Positions 9,466 to 19,632 of a stretch of 64,000 nt of DNA are shown here, piece by piece. Both the position numbers and the translations under genes were made by a program. The stretch comes from an uncultured Nitrospiraceae bacterium (GTDB lineage: Bacteria; Nitrospirota; Nitrospiria; Nitrospirales; Nitrospiraceae), in NCBI GenBank assembly GCA_963730935.1, contig CAVSTP010000003.1:416001-480000 (forward strand), in the 5' to 3' direction. Numbering within the stretch: position 1 is the stretch's first letter; the number at the start of each line of letters is the position of its first letter. The notes under the pieces were generated by a model. That model was not told where the DNA came from, did no database searches, and saw only the letters and a program-made list of their open reading frames with translations.

Positions 9466-10813
9466 CTAAAAGTGGAAACGTAGGCCGAAGAGAAACATCA
9501 GGGAGGAGGCGTCATAATCGCCGGTCAGTCCGCCGCCGGTCGGCGCGCTTCTTTCGAAACTCCCACTATCTTTCTTCCACGCCATCTCGGTATTAACCGC
9601 CAGATTGGATGTGATGGGGAAGTCAAAACCGCCGGCCACACGCAGGGCGAAGGTATTCGGGAATGAAAAGGACTGATTGTTCAGCAGTGCTCCATTGCTG
9701 AATGAATGGGCATTCAGCCCGGCACCCAACGACGCGTAGGGAATCAACCATTCGAACCCTACAGTATTTCGCAGCAGATCTCGTGTGGGACGAAATTCCA
9801 CTACCGGTAAAAATGAGAACGTGTTTAAGGTTCCGACTTCAGTACCGCGCCCGTTGATCTTGTATCGTTGCCATTCGATCATCATTCCCACCCGTACCCA
9901 TTCTTTGAGGACATAGTATCCTTCGAGATTGACGAGAGGCCCTACAGAGGTGCCGCTGCTCAAGCCCTCTAATATCTGTTGGGTTGGGACGATCAATCCT
10001 GCTCGCAGGCCGACCACGAAGTCGCCCCCAACGGATCGGCCCTTCGCTTGTTCAGAACCTGTGGCAGGGGCCTCTTGCGGGGGTGCTCCCTTCGCCTCTG
10101 TTGCAGGAGTGATGGACGCCTCTTGGGCCGCCTTCGCCGCGGCGGCAGCGGCGGCAGCTGCGGCAGCGGCCTCCTGGGTCGCCTTCGGCGCTGTGGGAGC
10201 TGCACCGGGGGCCTCTTGGGCCGCCTTCGGCGGAGGGAGCTGCACCTGGGGCCTCTTGGGCCGCCTTCGGCGCTGACGGAGCTGCACCGGGGGCCGCCTT
10301 GGGCGCTGTGGGAGCTACGCCGGCGGCCTGTTGGGCCCCCTTCGCCGTAGCGGCGGCTGCGGCGGCTGCGGCAGCTGTGGCAGCGGCTTCTTCGGGCGTG
10401 GGCGTCTCGCCTTTTCCCTTCGGCTGGAGCGCTACCTGAATAGGACATCCGATTTCTAACGTTTCTCGTTTTTCGGGAACGACGAGCTCGCAGATGGCAT
10501 TTTTGTACAGTAGTAATTCACAGGAGGTTGGGCCACCGGTGGACTGCTGACATTGAAGATTGCTGATATTGATTTCGCAGATCCCGGGCTGCGGACATTG
10601 GTAGGTGGCCAGTGGTCCACCCTTGCCGGAAGTGACCGTCCAGACGCCGTACCGCAGCCCACGCTTCGCATCCAAGACATTTCCCACTTGGGAGATAATC
10701 CAATTTACTCGTGTAGGGAACTCATCCTCTGTGTGCTGTTGCCATTCAAGGGATTTCGTGGCGCATCCCGATACCAACAGCGCACAAGCCATTGCACAGA
10801 TGTGTTGCCGCAT
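9466..10813 (-). pseudogene. Frameshifted gene: Cys-rich lipoprotein domain + Ala/Pro linker + OmpW/OmpA-like outer-membrane beta-barrel
   Basis: ORF 10052-10813 (lipobox VSG-C) and ORF 9466-10287 (barrel ending GLRFHF) join if 2 nt are restored near 10230, where one APSAPKAAQEAPG repeat unit lacks CG. 1348+2 nt = 450 codons. Confidence 0.8.
10118..10390. repeat. Low-complexity poly-Ala and (APxAPKAAQEAPGA)n tandem repeat
   Basis: Repeated gcctcttgggccgccttcgg units and GCN runs. Confidence 0.85.
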
Positions 10814-10940
10814 ACCAATCTCCTGAGCAGCCTTGTTTCAGATCACGGTGCGTATCGAAATTCTAGACTCGCTGCCTATAACATCGGTCGGCAACAGACG
10901 AGGGAACACATACTATCCTGTCGATTTTGAACTGGCAATA

Positions 10941-11096
10941 TCAATTTGGAGGTGGGAAAAACGGTGTCTTGAGCCGTTTTCTAGAGCGGGCTGCGGCCAT
11001 GATCACTTTGCGCAGCCGCGCCAGCATTTTGCCTCGCCAGTCCTGCAGTTCCTTGATGTCGTGGGTAATTTGTTCTGATGCGTTCACGTTTCCCAT
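10941..11096 (-). pseudogene. Truncated DUF1801 (YdhG-like) protein
   Basis: RBS AAGGAGG. MGNVNASEQITHDIKELQDWRGKMLARLRKVIMAA matches the family N-terminus, then diverges and stops at 51 aa. Confidence 0.65.
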
Positions 11097-11147
11097 GTTT
11101 GTCGTCCTCCTTAATGGTGCTCGGTCGCTATGAAACTAGACTGGTCG

Positions 11148-11549
11148 CTAAAGCGCCCGAAGGGGCAGCATCTCTCGCAGTTGGCCATCCCGCAGCCAAA
11201 GGCCGCCCCAAAGCAGTGTGCCCACGATCACAGCGAATATGATGTTGAAAATGGGGCCACCCATACGGACATGCGTTGCAACTGCGCCGCCCAGATACCC
11301 CGTTAACAGAATCGCGCCGAGAACTGAGGTGCGTGATATGAGATAGAGCAGTGTGCTGGTGAGCAACGTCACCCCAAGCCCAACGATTACGGATTCAGGA
11401 TAGCCCAACTCAACTGTTGCCTGCACAACGACAGCTGGCTTGAACAGCTTCATTATTCCATCCACCAGCAGAAATAGGGCGGGCAATCCACTCATGATGC
11501 GTCCTGCCCACAGATGCGTGCTCGAAATCGATCGGTCATTTGACTGCAT
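11148..11549 (-). CDS. DoxX family membrane protein
   Basis: Four TM segments, motifs DGIMKL...LGYP and GAILLTGYLGGAVATHVR, RBS AAGGAG. Confidence 0.9.
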   Translation of the reverse strand: MQSNDRSISSTHLWAGRIMSGLPALFLLVDGIMKLFKPAVVVQATVELGYPESVIVGLGVTLLTSTLLYLISRTSVLGAILLTGYLGGAVATHVRMGGPIFNIIFAVIVGTLLWGGLWLRDGQLREMLPLRAL

Positions 11550-11586
11550 GCTTGGTCTCCTTTCGGTCAGTGTTCGACACTTGATA

Positions 11587-11612
11587 GTCGTTTGGCGCGT
11601 GCGAAATCGACA
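11587..11612 (-). promoter_or_regulatory. Possible ECF42-type sigma promoter
   Basis: TGTCGA-N16-CGAC upstream of the doxX/DUF1801 genes. Confidence 0.45.
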
Positions 11613-11754
11613 TCTGTAAACCGTGAGCGTATGGATATCGCACGAAAGTGAGCTCGCCCAGACAAAGGTCTAGCCAACCATCCCGCCACATCGGTGGCTT
11701 AGCATGTGATGGCTGGGGAATCCCACGTTTGATTAATTAGGTATAAGAAACATG

Positions 11755-11783
11755 TTGACATGGAACCGAAGCTTGTGTAAATT
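11755..11783 (+). promoter_or_regulatory. Sigma-70 promoter of the T1SS operon
   Basis: TTGACA-N17-TAAATT. Confidence 0.7.
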
Positions 11784-11842
11784 CGCGTCCCTTCTACAGT
11801 TTATAGCCTAAGTTGAATGACTAGGTGGGCTAAGATGACGCC

Positions 11843-14026
11843 ATGCCAGCCGAAGTAGGGAGGGTTCCTCCTGGTCCCCATTTTTCCGCGTCGCCATCGC
11901 CCGGTGTGACTGACACCGGGTTGATCTGCCTCCTGATTTTGGCCCGCTTCTATGATCTGCCGGCCGACGGATCGCAACTGCGCCACTTGTACGCGCCGCC
12001 TGGGCAATTGCTCTCAGATACCGAACTGCTTCGTGCCGCCAAGCACTTGGGGCTCAAGGCCGGAGTGGTGAAGACGCAGTGGCAAAAATTAGCCAGCACG
12101 CCGTTTCCTGCGATCGCAAAGCTACAGGATGGCCGATATGTTGTACTCGCCAGGATCGACGGCGACAAGGCCCTGATTCAGGACCCCGTCGAGGGTCGTC
12201 CGCTCGTGTTGTCTCGTGAACAGTTTGAGTCGAAGTGGACGGGCGAACTATTGTTGTTCGCGAAGCGGGCGAATCTGCGTCAGGAGGATCTCAAATTTGA
12301 CTTCAACTGGTTCATTCCTGCCATCGTCAAATACCGCACGTTCCTTGGCGAAGTGTTCGTCGCCTCGTTCGTGTTGCAGTTATTCGCATTATTGACGCCC
12401 CTCTTCACGCAAGTCGTGATTGACAAGGTGCTAGTGCACAAGGGCTTTACGACCCTGCATGTGCTGGCGATCGGGATGGTCGCACTGGCCATCTTTGATG
12501 CCATGCTCGGCGGTCTACGCACCTATCTGTTTTCGCATACCACCAATCGGATCGACGTCGGGCTGGGCGCTCAATTGTTTCGCCACATTTTAGCCTTGCC
12601 GCTGGCCTATTTCGAAGCCAGGCGTGTCGGCGACACGGTGGCTCGGGTGCGTGAACTCGAACACATCCGGCAGTTCCTGACAAGCCATTCCGTGACAGTC
12701 GTGCTCGATCTCGTGTTTACGGTCGTGTTCCTGGTCGTCATGTGGTTCTACAGCTCTACGCTCACGATGGTTGTGACGGCGTCGCTACCATTGTATGCAC
12801 TGCTGTCGATCGCGATCACACCGACGATACGCGCTCGCCTGCACGAGAAGTTCAATAGGGGAGCGGAGAATCAATCGTTCTTGGTGGAGGCGATCAGCGG
12901 GATTCAGACCGTCAAGGCTCTGGCGGTCGAGCCGTCGCTGCTGCGCAAATGGGAAGAGCAGCTGGCGGGGTATGTGCGGGCAAGTTTCCGTGCAACGAGT
13001 CTCATTACCGTGGCCGGGCAAGTTGCAGGCTGCATCCAAAAACTCACAACCGTCGCCGTGCTATGGGTGGGGGCCTATCGAGTGATCGAAGGAGACCTCA
13101 GCATCGGGCAGTTGATCGCCTTTAACATGCTGTCGGCGCAAGTGACGGGACCGTTGCTGCGATTGGTTAGTCTTTGGCAGGAGTTTCAGCAGGTGGGGAT
13201 TTCTGTGCAACGATTAGGCGATGTGCTCAACGCCCAACCGGAGCCATCGTACAAGCCGAATCGGACGACATTGCCCCAAGTCGCAGGACAGGTGACCCTC
13301 GAAGACGTGACGTTTCGCTATCGCCCTGGCAGTTCGGAGGTGCTCCGGAAGATTTCGTTCTCTGTCACTCCAGGCAGGGTCGTCGGCATTGTGGGGCGCT
13401 CAGGATCCGGCAAAAGTACGATTGCCAAACTGATTCAGCGACTGTATGTGCCGGAGCGTGGACGCATCCTCGTGGATAATGTTGATCTTGCGCAGGTCGA
13501 TCCGGCCTGGTTACGGCGGCAGGTGGGAGTGGTGCTTCAAGAAAACTTTCTCTTCAACAGTTCCGCGCGCGACAACATTGCGTTGACGGACCCCGGCTTA
13601 GCGATGGAGCAGGTCATTCAGGCGGCGAAGCTGGCGGGTGCGCATGAGTTCATTCTCAACCTGGCGGATGGCTATGACACCATGGTCGGCGAACACGGCT
13701 GTTCGCTTTCCGGTGGACAACGGCAACGCATTGCCATTGCAAGAGCTTTGGTCGCCAACCCTCGCATTTTGATTTTCGATGAAGCGACGAGCGCACTGGA
13801 TTACGAGTCCGAAGCCGTCATCCAAAAGAACATGGCGCAAATTTGCCAGGGACGGACCGTCTTCATCATCGCGCATCGGCTCAGCACGGTGCGGCCAGCC
13901 CATCGGATTTATGTGATCGATAAGGGCGAACTTGTCGAAGAAGGGTCGCACCAAGAACTTCTGCGTGCCAACGGTTTTTACGCACGCTTGTGTAAGTTGC
14001 AGGATAGCGGAACGGGCATGGCATAA
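11843..14026 (+). CDS. hlyB: Type I secretion ABC transporter, HlyB family (C39-like domain + TMD + NBD)
   Basis: FNWFIPAIVKYR, Walker A GRSGSGKST, signature LSGGQRQR, DEATSALD. The C39 Cys is replaced (DTGLICL). Confidence 0.95.
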   Translation: MPAEVGRVPPGPHFSASPSPGVTDTGLICLLILARFYDLPADGSQLRHLYAPPGQLLSDTELLRAAKHLGLKAGVVKTQWQKLASTPFPAIAKLQDGRYVVLARIDGDKALIQDPVEGRPLVLSREQFESKWTGELLLFAKRANLRQEDLKFDFNWFIPAIVKYRTFLGEVFVASFVLQLFALLTPLFTQVVIDKVLVHKGFTTLHVLAIGMVALAIFDAMLGGLRTYLFSHTTNRIDVGLGAQLFRHILALPLAYFEARRVGDTVARVRELEHIRQFLTSHSVTVVLDLVFTVVFLVVMWFYSSTLTMVVTASLPLYALLSIAITPTIRARLHEKFNRGAENQSFLVEAISGIQTVKALAVEPSLLRKWEEQLAGYVRASFRATSLITVAGQVAGCIQKLTTVAVLWVGAYRVIEGDLSIGQLIAFNMLSAQVTGPLLRLVSLWQEFQQVGISVQRLGDVLNAQPEPSYKPNRTTLPQVAGQVTLEDVTFRYRPGSSEVLRKISFSVTPGRVVGIVGRSGSGKSTIAKLIQRLYVPERGRILVDNVDLAQVDPAWLRRQVGVVLQENFLFNSSARDNIALTDPGLAMEQVIQAAKLAGAHEFILNLADGYDTMVGEHGCSLSGGQRQRIAIARALVANPRILIFDEATSALDYESEAVIQKNMAQICQGRTVFIIAHRLSTVRPAHRIYVIDKGELVEEGSHQELLRANGFYARLCKLQDSGTGMA

Positions 14027-14042
14027 GCCGAAGGCGCGAACA

Positions 14043-15434
14043 ATGGCGTTCGGTACGCTCGCGAGACATTGGACCATCTGGAAGACGACGTGGCAAGCCG
14101 TGTCGACTCGCGAACTAGGCACGGCACCAGGTGGGCGGGCCACGGAGTTCCTGCCGGCTGTGCTCGAGATCCAACAGGCGCCGCCATCTCCCATTGGCCG
14201 TGCAATCACATGGACCATTATCGCCGTATGCACTGCTGGAATTTTGTGGGCCACATTCGGGTGGATCGATATTGTCGCGACCGCTCAGGGGAAGGTTATT
14301 GCCAGCGGCTATTCCAAGGTCATTCAGCCCTACGAAACCGGTGTGATTGCGTCGATTCACGTGATAGATGGGCAGGTCGTAGCGCGTGGCGAGGTACTCA
14401 TCGAATTGGATCCGACACAAAACCGCGCAGATCACGATCGGGCGTCCAATGAATATCGCGCCGCGAAAGTCGATGCGGCTCGATTGCGGGCCTTGATCGC
14501 CGGCAAGAGCACCTTCGATGAACCTTCAGATGGGGATCCTCGGTATATCCTGCTCCAACAACAGCTGCTGCGTGACCAATTGACCGAATACCAGGCTCGC
14601 GTCGGTGCTGCTCAGCACCTGATCGGTCAACGCAGAGCGGCGCTCGATCAGACCAAAGAAAACATTCGCCGGCTGGAGGCCACGGTGCCGATGGAAACGG
14701 AGCGGGCGGATGCTTACAAGAAACTGCTCGAACACGATGCCGCCACGAAGCTCGATTTTCTGCAGGCCGAGCAGCAACGAATCGATAAGACCCAAGAACT
14801 AGCCGGACAGCGCAAGAAGCTCGTGCAAGACGCAGCCACACTCTCGGAGGCCGAAAACAATTATCGGGTTACTGTGACGGAGTTCCAGCAGGCCAAACAG
14901 GCGGAGTTGTCCACGATCGAGACGAAAGCTGGTTCGCTGGCTCAAGACGTGACGAAGGCGGGACAGAAGGCGGACTTGCAACGATTGATGAGTCCCATTG
15001 ACGGCGTCGTGCAGCAACTCTCGGTGCACACGGTCGGTGGTGTGGTGACGCCGGCTCAGCAACTGCTGATCGTCGTACCTCAAGATCATCCTGTCGAAGT
15101 GGAAGCCCAAGTGGAGAACAAAGATGTGGGGTTCGTGAGAGAGGGGCAGCCGGTCGAGATCAAGGTGGAAACGTTCTTGTTCACGCTCTACGGCACGATT
15201 CCCGGGAAGGTGTTGTCAGTTTCTGGCGATGCCGCGGCGATCGAAAAAGTCGGTCTCATCTATCCCACGAGAGTGAGCATGGACCGGTCCACAATCGAAG
15301 TCGACAGCAAGCAGGTGAATCTCTCGCCGGGCATGGCCGTCACGGTGGAAATCAAGACGGGGAAGCGCCGCTTGATCGAATACCTTTTGAGTCCTCTCCT
15401 CAAATCCGTCAAAGAAAGCCTGCGGGAGCGGTAG
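14043..15434 (+). CDS. hlyD: HlyD family type I secretion membrane fusion protein
   Basis: EFLPAVLEI, one TM, coiled coil, SPIDGVVQQL, LSPGMAVTVEIKTGKRRLIEYLLSP. Confidence 0.95.
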   Translation: MAFGTLARHWTIWKTTWQAVSTRELGTAPGGRATEFLPAVLEIQQAPPSPIGRAITWTIIAVCTAGILWATFGWIDIVATAQGKVIASGYSKVIQPYETGVIASIHVIDGQVVARGEVLIELDPTQNRADHDRASNEYRAAKVDAARLRALIAGKSTFDEPSDGDPRYILLQQQLLRDQLTEYQARVGAAQHLIGQRRAALDQTKENIRRLEATVPMETERADAYKKLLEHDAATKLDFLQAEQQRIDKTQELAGQRKKLVQDAATLSEAENNYRVTVTEFQQAKQAELSTIETKAGSLAQDVTKAGQKADLQRLMSPIDGVVQQLSVHTVGGVVTPAQQLLIVVPQDHPVEVEAQVENKDVGFVREGQPVEIKVETFLFTLYGTIPGKVLSVSGDAAAIEKVGLIYPTRVSMDRSTIEVDSKQVNLSPGMAVTVEIKTGKRRLIEYLLSPLLKSVKESLRER

Positions 15435-15438
15435 CAAC

Positions 15439-16812
15439 ATGTCGAGCCCGCTCGTTTTGTCACTCACCGAACGCTTGCGGGCCTTTGGGTCCTTGATCGG
15501 CATCGTCATTGCTTTGTCTGTACCTAATGGTGTGAGCTGGGCAATCAGTGACCAGACAGCACCAGAGAAGGCTGCGCCGCTACCGCCTCTGTCGCTCACG
15601 TTGCGCGGTGCGTTGGCAGCCGCAGTGGACAATAACCCGGATGTGCAGCTGTACAAAGAGCGTATCGAAGCGGCACACGGCCAAGTTCGAACACAACTCG
15701 GTGCGTTGCTGCCGAATCTCTCTTCGAATGTGCGACAGTCCAGGCAAACAGTGTTCCTCGGCACCTTTGGTCTTGCGCCGGTGCGGAGCGATCCCTTCAG
15801 TATTTTCGACCTCCGAGTCAACGGGTCGCAAAATGTGGTCAGCGTCAGCTTGATCCAGCGCTGGCGAGCGTCGCGAGAGAACCTCTATATCGCCGAGTTC
15901 GAATCGGATGCGAAGAAGTACGACACCATGGCGAGCGTGGCCCTCGCCTATATGGAAGGGCTGAAAGCCATGGGGATGGTCAAGATGCGCGAATCCAATC
16001 AGCAGATCATGAGTGAGCTGCTGAGCTTGGTCAAACAACGGCAGAAGACCGGCGTTGCAACGGGCATGGACATTGCGCGTCTGGATGCGCAACTCGCCAA
16101 TGAGAAGCAATTGGCCGCAGCATCGCGCTACGACGTGCAACACGCCAAACTGAACCTGATGAATCTGCTCAACTTGCCGTACGAAACACCATTGGCCTTG
16201 CAGGATGAATTCAAGACGGAGATGTACGAACAGCTGGAGTCTCAGGCTGCCGTCGAAGAGGCGCTCGTCAATCGGCCAGAAGTGCAGGCGCAGTTCACTC
16301 GAATCAAAGCCACCGAGCTGACGTATTCATCCATTACCGGAGAGCGGTTGCCGTCGCTGGTCGCACAGGGGGATTATGGGCTGATCGGGAATCGATGGAG
16401 TAACACGCTTGAGACGTACAATATGGCCTTGTTGCTGCAGATTCCGATTTTCGATGGCGCTCAGCGCGAAGGCCGAATTGCTGAGGCTCGAAGCAATCTA
16501 CGCCAGGAGGCGCTTCGAATGCGTTCCGTCCTCAATCAGGTCAAAATGGAAGTACACGATGCGCTTGCCGGAATCGTGGCGGCTAAGGAACAAGTCGCGG
16601 TCGCACAGGCTGGGCTGCAAATGGCCATTAAAGAACTTGAACTGGCGCGTGAACGCTACTCCGTCATCACGGCGGCCAGCTATTTCGAGTTAACCAATGG
16701 ACTGTATTCCGTGTCGAGAGCCCGAGAAAATCTCGTAAATGCGCTTTTTCAGTTGAACGCCTCGCGCGTCAATCTCGCCCGATCGACCGGCGCGCTGCAA
16801 TCGCTCAACTAG
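15439..16812 (+). CDS. TolC family outer membrane protein
   Basis: Signal peptide, two outer-membrane efflux repeats (NNPDV...LLPNLS; RPEV...RLPSL...IPIFDG), 4 nt after hlyD. Confidence 0.9.
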   Translation: MSSPLVLSLTERLRAFGSLIGIVIALSVPNGVSWAISDQTAPEKAAPLPPLSLTLRGALAAAVDNNPDVQLYKERIEAAHGQVRTQLGALLPNLSSNVRQSRQTVFLGTFGLAPVRSDPFSIFDLRVNGSQNVVSVSLIQRWRASRENLYIAEFESDAKKYDTMASVALAYMEGLKAMGMVKMRESNQQIMSELLSLVKQRQKTGVATGMDIARLDAQLANEKQLAAASRYDVQHAKLNLMNLLNLPYETPLALQDEFKTEMYEQLESQAAVEEALVNRPEVQAQFTRIKATELTYSSITGERLPSLVAQGDYGLIGNRWSNTLETYNMALLLQIPIFDGAQREGRIAEARSNLRQEALRMRSVLNQVKMEVHDALAGIVAAKEQVAVAQAGLQMAIKELELARERYSVITAASYFELTNGLYSVSRARENLVNALFQLNASRVNLARSTGALQSLN

Positions 16813-16962
16813 AACCTACCTTGATTGGCCCCCTCCTCTTCATTCCTCTTGACCTCAAGAACCCATTCGGCGTACAAGCGCGCACTGTGCTGTGGCCTCC
16901 CTAATAGCGTAGGAGTCTCGGCAGACTTGGATGACGAAACATCTTATGGGAGGAATTCGGCT

Positions 16963-17409
16963 ATGCATCTCGGGCGCATCGGAATGGTTTTGGCGCTGAT
17001 TGAAATACTTTCCGTCATCGGGTGCGCGAGTCACAAACACTTCCCCGAATCATCCCTTACCGGAGGAGTGTTCGAGGTAAGAATTGACAACTTGCTGACG
17101 CCACAGTCGGTGACCGCAAAACGTGGTGACGAAGTGAAGTGGATCAATACGAGCCATGCCCCGGTGGATGTTTCAGTAGTCCAAACGCGGGAGGAGCTCA
17201 TCTCCTGTCAGAGGGGGTTTGCGTCAACAAATTTGGGGTATTTCTTCGGCACATCGGAATATGAGAACATTGTGATGGCGACAGTGCGCCCCAACGAATC
17301 CGCCAGCCTGTGCTTCGCCATCTCTGGAAAGTATGTCTATACCCTGCGCAAAGATCCTTCCAGAACCGGCTCACTCGATAGGATGAGTGGATCTATCACG
17401 ATCGAATAA
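16963..17409 (+). CDS. Lipoprotein with probable cupredoxin-like fold
   Basis: RBS GGAGG, lipobox VIG-C, PQSVTAKRGDEVKWIN...GKYVY...GSITIE pattern. Confidence 0.7.
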   Translation: MHLGRIGMVLALIEILSVIGCASHKHFPESSLTGGVFEVRIDNLLTPQSVTAKRGDEVKWINTSHAPVDVSVVQTREELISCQRGFASTNLGYFFGTSEYENIVMATVRPNESASLCFAISGKYVYTLRKDPSRTGSLDRMSGSITIE

Positions 17410-17412
17410 GAG

Positions 17413-19626
17413 TTAACGGTCGCTCCGGGGAAGTATTGGGAAACGGCGAGCTGTAATGAGCCTGCCCTCAAGCTCCGACGACGACGCTGACGTGGACTCT
17501 TGGGTCCTTCCCTCAGGAAGCGTGATGAGAAAGCTTGTCCCGCTTCCCACGGTACTGCGAGCTTCGACCGTGCCGCCGTGTTCTTGAATGATCTGATGGA
17601 CGATGGAAAGGCCGAGGCCTGTCCCCACACGATCGGTGCTTTCATGTTTCGTGGTAAAGAACGGGTCAAAGATATGCGGGAGATCTTCAGGCGCAATTCC
17701 ACAGCCAGTATCCGCCACTTCGATTTGCACCCATCCACTCTTGTCGAGACGGACCACGCGGCGAGTCGTGACGGCTAGGTGCCCTCCCGTCTTCGCCATG
17801 GCGTCAATGGCATTCATGGCAAGATTCATGATCACCTGCTTAATCTGTTGGCGATCGACCAGCATGGCTGGGAGATCTTCGGCGAGGTGTTTCTCAATGG
17901 TGATCCCCAGCTTGTCCGCTTTGACCTCGATAAATTGCAGGCACGAGGAGACGATGTTGTTGAGCGATTCTGCGGAAAACTTCGGTTTCATATAACGTGC
18001 GTAGTCAAGAATTTCTTCGATGAGACGTTCAATACGGGCAAGATCGTCGACCACCTGGGCGCTGAACGAATCCATAAAATAGGGATCGTCTCGTCGCGAC
18101 GGTACCAATTGGATGAACGTACTAATCGATGTCAGAGGGTTGCGCACTTCGTGAGCAAATCCGCCTGCAATGGCTTCCAATGAACGGAGCCGATCGGCGC
18201 GCCGCAGCAGGAGTTGGGTGTGCTTCCACTCTTCATGCAAGACGGCATTTTCGAGGGCGATCGCGGCATTGTCTGCAAGCGAGCGGAGCAGGCTGAGCTC
18301 GTCGTGCGAATACAATCCCAGGCATGGCTTATGTCCGAGATTGACGAAGCCGATCAAGCTCTTCTTATTGACAAGCGGCAAGCATACTTCAGAGCCCAGT
18401 TGTGTCATGGTCTCAACCAGTGCGGCGGCCAATCGCTCGTCGAATCCTGGCGAACGTTGCTGGAGTTCTTCTTTGACGATCGGCTGATTGCACGCCAACA
18501 GGTAATTTGTAAAAGGTTCGTTGTTCATGACCCGCATGGGGCTCCGCTGCTCGTTGAGCCCGCGCGATGCCTTCGGCACATAGCACCCTTTTTCCTTGTC
18601 AAAGAGAAACAGCGAGATCTTCTCGATGCCCATGACTGTCTGGAGCGTATCTACGATTTCGGCTTGCAGATTGGCAAGATCGAGCTTCATCACCATGGCA
18701 TGCGCGAATCGGGTTAACGTCTCGTAGGCGTCATGCCGGCTGGGGAAAAACGCTCTATTGACGGCAGATTGAAGGCGTGGCTGGAAAATGAGGAGCAAGA
18801 CGGTGAAGGCGACAGTCGTGAGAGCCAGGAGCAACGAGACTGTAACGGGAGGGAGGTCATCCAGCGCATAGCCGAGGAAGACGACAAGGAGCGTGAAGGG
18901 GATGAGCGGCAGATAGACGGCGCTCCGAGACACGAGGAGGGCTGCATCCAGGAGCCGGTACCGGAGAATCGAAATTGTGATGACGGCTGTCAGCAGAAAG
19001 ATGGGAATGTATCCAAAGGGATAGATTTCATAGCCGAACGCCGGGAAGAAATCGATCGAGCCTGTATAGGCAATGACAAAGGCAGGCAGAAGGAATTTGA
19101 TCTGCTGACGCTTAATGGGAGTCGTGACGGTGCGATACGTGTGGATGTAGTCGGTGAAGGCCACGGCCATATACGAGAAGAAGATGATGAAAAATGGCGC
19201 ACTTGCCGCTCCCCATTGCGGGAAATAGCCCCACCAAAATCGATGGACGCCTGCGACAAAGTCTTCACGGAAGAGGACGGCCCCAGCCATAAGCGTTGCG
19301 AGTGCATAGCCTATCCATATCGAACGGCGACGTTGGAGTTGGAGAAACTCGGCTGAGAATCCGTAGAATGCGAGAGAGATGTACATGACACCGACATTGT
19401 CGAGTTTAAACCAGTGCAACGCTGTTTTGGCATCCGTTGAGCAAAGACCGATGCTGGTCGCGTCGAGCCAGATGGCGATGCTGGCACAGAGAACGAGGAA
19501 ATGGCGATGTGCGGGGGATTGTCTATTGGATCGGTAAACGAGGAATCCCAACGCAAGGGTGACGATCCCCACGAGAAAGATGGGAATGGCATGGACGTTG
19601 ATGAAATAGGTTGAAGCCGCGACCAT
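17413..19626 (-). CDS. Sensor histidine kinase: HisKA_7TM-like membrane domain + GAF + HisKA + HATPase
   Basis: Multi-TM N-terminus, GAF (CLPLVNKKSLIGFVNLG), H-box FAHEVRNPL, N-box NLAMNAIDA, DPFFTTK, GTGLGL. Confidence 0.92.
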   Translation of the reverse strand: MVAASTYFINVHAIPIFLVGIVTLALGFLVYRSNRQSPAHRHFLVLCASIAIWLDATSIGLCSTDAKTALHWFKLDNVGVMYISLAFYGFSAEFLQLQRRRSIWIGYALATLMAGAVLFREDFVAGVHRFWWGYFPQWGAASAPFFIIFFSYMAVAFTDYIHTYRTVTTPIKRQQIKFLLPAFVIAYTGSIDFFPAFGYEIYPFGYIPIFLLTAVITISILRYRLLDAALLVSRSAVYLPLIPFTLLVVFLGYALDDLPPVTVSLLLALTTVAFTVLLLIFQPRLQSAVNRAFFPSRHDAYETLTRFAHAMVMKLDLANLQAEIVDTLQTVMGIEKISLFLFDKEKGCYVPKASRGLNEQRSPMRVMNNEPFTNYLLACNQPIVKEELQQRSPGFDERLAAALVETMTQLGSEVCLPLVNKKSLIGFVNLGHKPCLGLYSHDELSLLRSLADNAAIALENAVLHEEWKHTQLLLRRADRLRSLEAIAGGFAHEVRNPLTSISTFIQLVPSRRDDPYFMDSFSAQVVDDLARIERLIEEILDYARYMKPKFSAESLNNIVSSCLQFIEVKADKLGITIEKHLAEDLPAMLVDRQQIKQVIMNLAMNAIDAMAKTGGHLAVTTRRVVRLDKSGWVQIEVADTGCGIAPEDLPHIFDPFFTTKHESTDRVGTGLGLSIVHQIIQEHGGTVEARSTVGSGTSFLITLPEGRTQESTSASSSELEGRLITARRFPILPRSDR

Positions 19627-19632
19627 GATGCG

